Positions 57,245-64,000 of a DNA stretch of 64,000 nucleotides are shown in pieces. Numbering within the stretch: position 1 is the first letter of the stretch; every line of letters starts with the position of its first letter. This DNA is from Bdellovibrionota bacterium. GTDB lineage: Bacteria > Bdellovibrionota > UBA2428. Made by a program: the position numbers and the translations under genes. The stretch spans positions 209,151-273,150 of the forward strand of contig JBIKUK010000003.1 in NCBI GenBank assembly GCA_044347615.1, given 5' to 3'. The notes below the pieces were generated by a model, which was not told where the DNA came from, made no database searches, and saw only the letters and a program-made list of their open reading frames with translations.

Positions 57245-59347
57245 ATGAAAACTCTTAATTTTTTAATATTTCTATTCTGCCTGCAACTTGGAAATATCTC
57301 CGTTGCAACCACCTTAAATATTTTACCATGTATTAAAATACTACGAGGAGAAAACACACAGCTAGATATCGAGGCTCGGGATACATCTCATAGTCTTAAG
57401 CTTACTCCAAGTCCTATAGTTACTCCGCCAAAAACTCAAAAAGAAATCACCGAAATTCGAAAACAAATAGAGGACATCATCGACGGCAAAGAAGGAGAAG
57501 ATTATAAAAAAATTCACATAAGACTTCCTTCGTTTGATGAAAAAGACCCCCAAAACACTCCCGAAGATAATCAGAAAATTGTTGCTCAAAAGCAAAAACT
57601 TGAAGAACTTTTTAAAAAACTTTACGAAAGAGATAAACAACTCGCTCTTGAATCTCCCGAAAAAGCATCTGATTTTTTAAAAAAAGCAGGAATCAATGTC
57701 GAAATTGACCAGAGTAAAAGCGCAGAACAAAGCGACAGAGCTCTTGTAAGCTTTTCACCCAAAAGCCTAGATGAAGAATTGCGAGACGATGTTAGGACTT
57801 CAAATAGACTCATTCAAAGCAAACGCCTCATACAGAAACAGAAACTGCAAAGACCCTTTGAAAACACTATTTTTGGAAAGAGCAAGGATGAAAAAGGAGA
57901 CACATGGGATTTGTTTGAACACAGAGACTCCCTTAGATCTCTTGATGTATTTAGATACATAAAAGAACTAGAAAATAAATTTCTAGAAGAAGACGCGCTT
58001 TCAATTGCCAATAAATCACTTTCTGAAAAATACGGTGATATTCACACAAGCAAAATGCCTCAACGTCCTAGTCGCGAAAGAAAATTAAACCTTAGCTCCG
58101 AAGAAGGTGAAAGATTCAAAGCAAACCTTAAACTATTTGAAAATCCAATAGACTCTCTTGGGGAAGATAGAAAAACGGGGAACGTCCTTTCAGAGGCTCA
58201 ACTATCAACTCAAGAAAGAACTCAACTCAGAGACGCTGCTTTAAAAATACTCACAAAGAATGGAGAAAACAGTCCAAACGCACAACACTTGGGTGACCAC
58301 CTTGAACTCTTAAACAATCCATCCGTTGTGACTGAACTCAAAAAAAATGGAATTGATATAGAAGATGCGAAACTTCTTGTACTCTTACACGACCTTGGTA
58401 AAGAATACGATCAGCTACCTCAAGGCTACAGAGAAACAATTGAAAAAGCTTTTCCTAAGCCTCCAAAGGGTGAAGCAGACACTCACTTTTTAAATCGCAA
58501 CATCATGGCTCACGAATTTGGTTCAATGGCCATGATTGATCAACTATCCTCTAATCTGAATATTGCTCCGGCTAAAAGAGAGCGACTTAAAGGACTTATC
58601 GCGGGACACAATGCTGGCTACGACAGATTGCGAGAAGGAAGCCACTTTTGGCAAACCATGTGGCCTAAATTTGCAGAGAGTATGAATGAAAAAGGTATCA
58701 ACGTTCCAACTACTTATCCCTCTCTAAAAACAAACATCGAAGGACAAAATCCATTAACAACAATTCTCACAGCTACGGATCGACTTGCCTCTAAAACACT
58801 TGCTTCTCAGGAAAAATTTGCAGACACACTCGTTAGGACTGGAAAGTGGAATAACCAAGAGCTAGCAAATCAAATGAAAGGTTCTTTACGAGATGTCCAA
58901 AGCGAAGGCGAGAATGTTCTCCAAAAGCTTGAAGATTTTAGAGGAAAAAACTTTGAGGGACTTAAAAAAGCAATTCGAGGACACTTTGGAGAAGCTGATC
59001 AAAACCTTTCAATTCTCTCAGAAAGACTTCCTCAAATGGCAGCGGGAACAGGAGCTTACAAAGATCGTCCCGCACTCACGGAAAGTGAACTAAAAAACTC
59101 AATGATTTATTGCCAAGAAAAAACAACTCCTCAAGGAAAAAAGGAGCGCGCTTGGTACAGGATTGAAGCAAGTGGAAAAGTTTTTCGCTTTGAAAAGAAA
59201 TTATTTGGATTGACCGGTAAGTGGACTGAAGCTCCTGAGTTCAATGGATCTAACGAACGCCTTTCAAGCACTCAGATTCTGTTTGGAAAATTTATTTACT
59301 CAGACCTTGGATACTCCGCACCAAAACTATCAAGCGATCTTCTCTAG
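57245..59347 (+). CDS. secreted HD-domain (metal-dependent phosphohydrolase superfamily) protein, 700 aa
   Basis: AAGGGG SD 10 nt upstream. Signal peptide MKTLNFLIFLFCLQLGNISVA. Lys/Glu-rich N-terminal half. H...HD...H...H...D series (GDHLE, LLHDLGK, MAHEFGS, AGHNAGYD). Confidence 0.68.
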   Translation: MKTLNFLIFLFCLQLGNISVATTLNILPCIKILRGENTQLDIEARDTSHSLKLTPSPIVTPPKTQKEITEIRKQIEDIIDGKEGEDYKKIHIRLPSFDEKDPQNTPEDNQKIVAQKQKLEELFKKLYERDKQLALESPEKASDFLKKAGINVEIDQSKSAEQSDRALVSFSPKSLDEELRDDVRTSNRLIQSKRLIQKQKLQRPFENTIFGKSKDEKGDTWDLFEHRDSLRSLDVFRYIKELENKFLEEDALSIANKSLSEKYGDIHTSKMPQRPSRERKLNLSSEEGERFKANLKLFENPIDSLGEDRKTGNVLSEAQLSTQERTQLRDAALKILTKNGENSPNAQHLGDHLELLNNPSVVTELKKNGIDIEDAKLLVLLHDLGKEYDQLPQGYRETIEKAFPKPPKGEADTHFLNRNIMAHEFGSMAMIDQLSSNLNIAPAKRERLKGLIAGHNAGYDRLREGSHFWQTMWPKFAESMNEKGINVPTTYPSLKTNIEGQNPLTTILTATDRLASKTLASQEKFADTLVRTGKWNNQELANQMKGSLRDVQSEGENVLQKLEDFRGKNFEGLKKAIRGHFGEADQNLSILSERLPQMAAGTGAYKDRPALTESELKNSMIYCQEKTTPQGKKERAWYRIEASGKVFRFEKKLFGLTGKWTEAPEFNGSNERLSSTQILFGKFIYSDLGYSAPKLSSDLL

Positions 59348-59450
59348 TGCTCTTACTATTAAGATTTATTAAGGAGTCGACTCAAACTTCGTAAATTAAT
59401 CCAAGCCTCTAAGTTCTTAAGACCAGAACAAAATAGGAGGTTCTTTACAT

Positions 59451-60179
59451 ATGTTAAAAATTACAAAAGCCCTTACATTAGTGGCCCTCAGCACAGGCGT
59501 TGCTGTTGCAGGTGCAATTGACGCAGGAAATTCTGCTATTGAAAACACTCGCATCGCTGCCATCAATCTCAATAAAACTCTTGGTGTTTCAAAAGGTGGT
59601 GCTCTCAAAAATACTGGAGATACTGCGGTTGCGATCCTAGATAAGCAAGGCAAACTTATCCAAGTTATTTTCTCTGGAACAGAAGCTAAAAAACTTTGGA
59701 ATGCCAGCGTAGAAAAAGCAAAAGCTCTTCATGAAGCAGGCATCAATGCAACAAGTGGCGTAGGGATAGACGTCACTAACCAAGCTTTTGATTACACTGA
59801 AAAAGGTGTGGCCATTACAGGTGGAGCTGCAAGATATGCTGTGAAGATGTCTCTTGGCTCAATCGAAAAATTAGGTGGTGGAACAAAAGTAGGCGAATAC
59901 ACACTTGTTCCTTTGGGTGCCCATTCAGCCAAAGCTGTAAACTGCGCTGTCGACTACGTTCTTGACGATGCTCACACTGTTATTTCAATCAGTAAGAGCC
60001 TTGTGACTGAATCACACAATCTTATCCGATCTATCCTTAAGCTCTCTCTTTCTGGAGCAAAAGACGCAACTATTGGAATTGGCAAAACAGCTGTCAACGC
60101 TCCTATCAAAGTTGTGAATTCACTCAGCAAGATCACAGGTCTCTTCGGATACGAATACGAGATTCCAACTATCAAGTAA
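59451..60179 (+). CDS. hypothetical secreted Ala/Gly/Lys-rich protein (242 aa)
   Basis: Consensus AGGAGG SD 10 nt upstream. Signal peptide LVALSTGVAVAGA. Followed by a strong terminator. No family recognised. Confidence 0.6.
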   Translation: MLKITKALTLVALSTGVAVAGAIDAGNSAIENTRIAAINLNKTLGVSKGGALKNTGDTAVAILDKQGKLIQVIFSGTEAKKLWNASVEKAKALHEAGINATSGVGIDVTNQAFDYTEKGVAITGGAARYAVKMSLGSIEKLGGGTKVGEYTLVPLGAHSAKAVNCAVDYVLDDAHTVISISKSLVTESHNLIRSILKLSLSGAKDATIGIGKTAVNAPIKVVNSLSKITGLFGYEYEIPTIK

Positions 60180-60217
60180 TTTTGAATTTATTTAAATTTA
60201 CTGAAATATAACCAAAT

Positions 60218-60256
60218 AAAAAGAGGCGGTGGATTTAACTCCACCGCCTCTTTTTG
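60218..60256. terminator. bidirectional rho-independent terminator between convergent genes
   Basis: AAAAA-GAGGCGGTGGA-TTTAAC-TCCACCGCCTC-TTTTT. A GC-rich 11-13 bp stem with an A-run on one side and a T-run on the other. Confidence 0.88.
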
Positions 60257-60286
60257 TATTTATATATTGCTCAACCAATTAAAAAA

Positions 60287-61075
60287 CTATTCCTTGTACC
60301 AAGACTTTGGCACTTTATAAAAAGTACCATCAAACTGAGCCCGAGCGCCATGAAATTCTTGGCAAGCCTCTTGAGAGGTCGTTAGGACACTTAAATGATT
60401 CAGACTATTTTTCGCTATTAAAAGAGAGCAAGTTTTTCCATCAGAGTTTTTTGCATCTAATTTATATTTGTTTGTAGCGTATTCGGTTAAAGTGCCCTCA
60501 ATATCTCCCGTATGTGCCGTTGGTCCACGAACAACTGAAAGAGTCGCTGAGAGTTTATTGCCAGATCGCTCAATTCGAATGTCTCCGCCGACCATGTCTT
60601 GGTACCAACCTTCTATCGAGTTATTCACATCTAATTTCACAACTTTCCAAGGGGTATCAGTTACTTTTCCTGGTATCGCGTGCAAACCCGTAAAAGCTTC
60701 CACCAAAGCAAGCTTAGATTTTGGAAGATTTACGATATGATCCATGTATGTTTCGGTTAAGTAATAATTACCCCGATCCTCTTCTTTAAATTTTCCAGTT
60801 TCACGCTCGGCATTAAAGCGCATAATGTAGTTCCAATAACCCGCATGATTCTCAAGGGTTTGAGCAAGAATCTTGTTCCACTTTTCGCCTTCTGGCCTTT
60901 TTGCAAAAGCTGCTATTAAAACATCACTTGCACCCTCATATTTAGATTCTTCTCGTACAGCAGCACGAGTCGCTTCTACGAGCTTCTTCAAATTGGGGCT
61001 TTCCTCTGCACCATCCTGCGCAAAAGCGCTCGCTCCAACAACCATTCCCAACAGAATTTTATGATGTAATTTCAT
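60287..61075 (-). CDS. hypothetical secreted protein (262 aa)
   Basis: The ATG at 61075 has an AAGGAGA SD 8 nt upstream and gives MKLHHKILLGMVVGASAFAQD. The longer ORF to 61129 is rejected. No family recognised. Confidence 0.6.
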   Translation of the reverse strand: MKLHHKILLGMVVGASAFAQDGAEESPNLKKLVEATRAAVREESKYEGASDVLIAAFAKRPEGEKWNKILAQTLENHAGYWNYIMRFNAERETGKFKEEDRGNYYLTETYMDHIVNLPKSKLALVEAFTGLHAIPGKVTDTPWKVVKLDVNNSIEGWYQDMVGGDIRIERSGNKLSATLSVVRGPTAHTGDIEGTLTEYATNKYKLDAKNSDGKTCSLLIAKNSLNHLSVLTTSQEACQEFHGARAQFDGTFYKVPKSWYKE

Positions 61076-61240
61076 TCCAACTGTCTCCTTTGCCGTCTCT
61101 TGATAAGCGACTCTGTGCGCTATTGTCACGCGACAAGCCCTTAAATGTGGCCCGTGAAATAAGAATTAAGGGAAAGTCTTTTCGATTTTTGTTTTTAAAG
61201 GCTTCTAAAAACACCTACTTTCATTTATTTTCTTCTAACG

Positions 61241-63118
61241 ATGAGGACAGGAAAATATTTAGCTTGGAGATTTTGTTTACTCACTCTGCTTTGTCCTCCA
61301 AAAAATTTAAATGCTGAAGACCTAAAAAACAAAGACTCTCTCAAAACTCAAATCATTGAGGCTGTTAAGTCCTCAAACATCCCTCAAATACGTCGCCTAA
61401 AAAATATTCTTGGTAATCTCGACGAGATCAGAGACTCTAAAGACGATAGCCTTTTACAAATTGCTTGCCGAGAAAAACAATTGAATTCTGTGATCTACCT
61501 CTTAGACAAAGGATACACAGTGTCGCTCAACGAAGTAGATAGCGAAAGAAAAACTCCTCTCACGAGAGCCATTGAAAATTCAGACCTGGAACTTTTACAG
61601 CTTCTATTAAAAAGTCCTGCAAAAAATTTTTTTAGAAAAAAATTAAACATCAATCAAAAAAATGGTTTTGAATGGAGTCCTCTATCTTTAGCCATCAAAT
61701 TAGAAAAAATTGAAATTGCTAGATACTTACTCTTGGCCAACGCTGATCCCAATGTCATTGATCCTGACGGTCTTACGCCTCTTACTCGAAGCCTTAAGAA
61801 AAATGACTTCGAACTAACTCTCTTGCTTGTTCAAAACAAAAATACCAATTTAAATTTTAAAGATCACTTTCAAAAAAGTCCCCAAGATTATGCGAATCAA
61901 TTGAAAGATAAAGTCCTAGCCGATCTTGTAAATCCTCATAATCCTCGCCCAAAGCAAAGTCCCCTGCCTTCACCCCAGCTTTACAAAATGCTCTCTGAAC
62001 CCACTCCCCAGGAGCCCTACTATCTTGTGAAAATTCCCTTTGTAACAAATAGAAAAAAAAGCGGATTTCTTGAGAGCGATTACTTTTACTCGCAAGAAAT
62101 TTCTCCAACTATGGATTACGGAGAGGCTCTCGTGACCGTGCCTAAAAGTCATGTTCGAGGCCGCCTTGAAAACCCAGGGTTTTGGGATCTTATGGCCAAC
62201 CCCAAAGATCATATTATTTTGAGAAGTATCAACCTAAAAACCAAAGAAACTTTCATGCGAGAACTCTCAAATACTCTCGAAGCCAGAACTGCTTCTGACG
62301 AACTCAGAAGAGATAAAGACGATGTGTTTCTTTACATTCACGGCTTTAACAATCCTTTCTCTAAAGCCCTTCGCAAAACAGCGCAGCTCACTCTCGACTT
62401 AGGCTTTAGAGGAATCCCCATGAGTTACTCATGGCCCGCGCAAAATGTAACTGTTCCCATGCCGTGGGATTTTCGAACAGATGCAAATTCGATTGAAAAA
62501 TCTCTTCCTCAATTCAATAGCTTCTTGAAAGATCTTCGTAAGAACATTCACCGCGAAAAGGATCAATGCCTTCATCTTGTCGCACACAGCATGGGAAGCA
62601 GAGCGCTTGCGCGAATTTTAAACCTCATTTCCTATCAAGAAAAAGATATTATGAAAGATCCTCAGTACATCAAACCTTTTTGCGAAGTTATCCTTGTGGC
62701 TCCTGCTATAGATGCGGAAGTTTTCATCAAAACAAATTCCGCAAACCTCTCTAAAGTTAGTGATCGAGTGACGATTTATGCTTCAAGCGACGACGTCGCA
62801 CTTAATTTACAATGGCTTGCTGAGGATGAGTCATTTACGTTTCCTCTGGGATCAAAATCAAGTGAAGGATATCTTGCACTTAGTCCACACGTTGAGACGA
62901 TCGATCTTTCAAATGTGAGTGTAGGCCCATTAAGCTTCAATCACTCTAAATACTCGGAGCTTCCTCAAGTTGAAGATGACATAAGGGACTTGCTAGTCTA
63001 TCGACTGGGGGCCCAAGAACGTCTTGAACGTGGAACAAAACTCATCAAAAGATTTATGAAGGCTTTGTTTTTGCTCGAGCCCGAGCAGCTTCATTTTTGG
63101 GAAATGGCTCCTCGCTAG
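61241..63118 (+). CDS. secreted ankyrin-repeat protein fused to DUF900-type alpha/beta hydrolase
   Basis: Hydrophobic leader. About 4-5 ANK repeats (DDSLLQIACREKQLNSVIYLLDKG; RKTPLTRAIENSDLELLQLLL; WSPLSLAIKLEKIEIARYLLLANADPN; GLTPLTRSLKKNDFELTLLLV). C-terminal hydrolase with YIHGFNN and nucleophile elbow VAHSMGS. Confidence 0.78.
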   Translation: MRTGKYLAWRFCLLTLLCPPKNLNAEDLKNKDSLKTQIIEAVKSSNIPQIRRLKNILGNLDEIRDSKDDSLLQIACREKQLNSVIYLLDKGYTVSLNEVDSERKTPLTRAIENSDLELLQLLLKSPAKNFFRKKLNINQKNGFEWSPLSLAIKLEKIEIARYLLLANADPNVIDPDGLTPLTRSLKKNDFELTLLLVQNKNTNLNFKDHFQKSPQDYANQLKDKVLADLVNPHNPRPKQSPLPSPQLYKMLSEPTPQEPYYLVKIPFVTNRKKSGFLESDYFYSQEISPTMDYGEALVTVPKSHVRGRLENPGFWDLMANPKDHIILRSINLKTKETFMRELSNTLEARTASDELRRDKDDVFLYIHGFNNPFSKALRKTAQLTLDLGFRGIPMSYSWPAQNVTVPMPWDFRTDANSIEKSLPQFNSFLKDLRKNIHREKDQCLHLVAHSMGSRALARILNLISYQEKDIMKDPQYIKPFCEVILVAPAIDAEVFIKTNSANLSKVSDRVTIYASSDDVALNLQWLAEDESFTFPLGSKSSEGYLALSPHVETIDLSNVSVGPLSFNHSKYSELPQVEDDIRDLLVYRLGAQERLERGTKLIKRFMKALFLLEPEQLHFWEMAPR

Positions 63119-63188
63119 GAAGCCTTTTACCAAAGGCAGTCGACTCTCATTGGTAGCCAGCCCTTCAACACTGCGCTAAACCAATTGC

Positions 63189-64000
63189 ATGTCTTTAGCC
63201 TTTCCTGATCGTCTCATGAGCTTGTTGGGAATTTTTGCTTTTCTTTCTCTGGCTTATGCTCTTTCTAACAACCGCAAAGCTATTCAGTGGAAGGGAATTG
63301 TAAGTGGGTTGGGACTTCTTTTTCTTTTTGCTTTTTTGATTTTAGGAATCCCAGCTTTTCAAATTCGTGGTCTTTTCCGTTTTGTTTTTGAAGGTCTAAA
63401 CACATTTGTCAGCACGATTATTGATTTCACTTTTTCGGGTGCAACTTTTCTTTTTGGACCACTCGCAGAAGCGCGCGAACCCTGGGGTTTTGTTTTCGCT
63501 TTTCGAGCGCTTCCCTCGATCGTTTTTTTTAGTTCTTTAATGGCTCTTTTATTTCACCTCAACATTCTTCAACGCGTCGTCAAAGCAGTCGCTTGGGTAA
63601 TGCAAAAAACCATGAGAACATCTGGTGCAGAAACGCTTTCAAACGCAGCCAATATTTTTATTGGACAAACCGAGGCTCCTCTCATCGTGAAACCCTATAT
63701 CGCGAGCATGACTCGAAGTGAAATTTTTTGCATTATGGTGGGAGGCATGGCCACAATCGCTGCAGGTGTAGAGGCGGCCTACATTGGACTTCTCAAAGAT
63801 CGCATTCCCGATATTGCAGGACATTTACTCACGGCAAGTTTTTGCTCGTGTTTTGCAGGAATGGTGATTTCTAAAATCATGTGTCCTGAAACAGCTAAAC
63901 CTGAAACAACAGGACAAGTAAAAGTTCCCAAAATTGATCTCGACACAAACGCGATTGAAGCCATTGCTCGCGGAGCCAGCGAGGGAATGAAGCTTGCCAT
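63189..64000 (+). CDS. nupC: NupC/CNT-family concentrative nucleoside transporter (5-prime part; continues beyond window)
   Basis: My own translation from ATG 63189 is open to the window end. MSLAFPDRLMSLLGIFAFLSLAYALS... and the family block SGAETLSNAANIFIGQTEAPLIVKPY. Not in the ORF track because no stop lies within the window. Confidence 0.85.
   Translation, partial: MSLAFPDRLMSLLGIFAFLSLAYALSNNRKAIQWKGIVSGLGLLFLFAFLILGIPAFQIRGLFRFVFEGLNTFVSTIIDFTFSGATFLFGPLAEAREPWGFVFAFRALPSIVFFSSLMALLFHLNILQRVVKAVAWVMQKTMRTSGAETLSNAANIFIGQTEAPLIVKPYIASMTRSEIFCIMVGGMATIAAGVEAAYIGLLKDRIPDIAGHLLTASFCSCFAGMVISKIMCPETAKPETTGQVKVPKIDLDTNAIEAIARGASEGMKLA

Noticed and set aside
59374-59383. Palindrome GAGTCGACTC about 25 nt after the HD-gene stop. 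A related AGTCGACT (63138-63145) lies about 20 nt after the ankyrin-hydrolase stop.
   Set aside because: The core is only 8 nt (roughly one chance occurrence expected per 64 kb), with no loop and no T-run. GTCGAC also occurs inside several coding regions, so the similar placement is probably coincidence.

Overview
This 64-kb window is roughly 40% G+C by eye (not computed) and comes from a diderm bacterium, as shown by Pal, a YbgF/CpoB-like protein, TolC, LPS-type glycosyltransferases and lipoprotein lipoboxes. The housekeeping backbone is clear. It contains recJ-secF-secD-yajC-tgt (minus strand), an oppABCDF peptide ABC transporter plus an AEC permease, an rRNA methyltransferase with rluA, and udk. 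A long minus-strand run carries smpB, DUF502, an ABC1/UbiB kinase, rsmA, tsaD, ybgF-like and pal. The remaining backbone genes are murD-murF, a histidine kinase, glpX, mutS2 with an rqcH-like NFACT gene, a PilZ protein, yceI, one tRNA-Pro(UGG), and a partial nupC at the right edge.

Two patches look accessory. (i) 18.6-29.7 kb is an envelope cluster: DUF3299, GT2, a 270-aa beta-barrel, a 1411-aa metzincin lipoprotein, TolC, an ArnT-like GT-C enzyme and an M28 aminopeptidase. (ii) 52.7-63.1 kb lies immediately downstream of tRNA-Pro. It holds a 975-bp ORF-free AT-rich spacer, a very AT-rich Wzy/WaaL-like gene plus a GT2 gene, and five orphan signal-peptide proteins. Among these are an HExxH protein, an HD-domain protein and an ankyrin-DUF900 hydrolase fusion.

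The density of exported hydrolases fits a Bdellovibrio-like predatory lineage, but that taxonomic call is inference only. I saw no rRNA, CRISPR array, transposase, integrase, prophage genes or recognisable defence system.

The best candidates for something new are:
- the paired secreted HExxH/HD enzymes, which share a position-identical N-terminal leader motif;
- the histone-H1-like Lys/Ala tail fused to a PilZ domain;
- the compact rqcH-like/mutS2 pair;
- the ArnT-like gene translationally coupled to tolC;
- the secreted ankyrin-hydrolase fusion.

All functional calls rest on motif recognition by eye. No database search was run.
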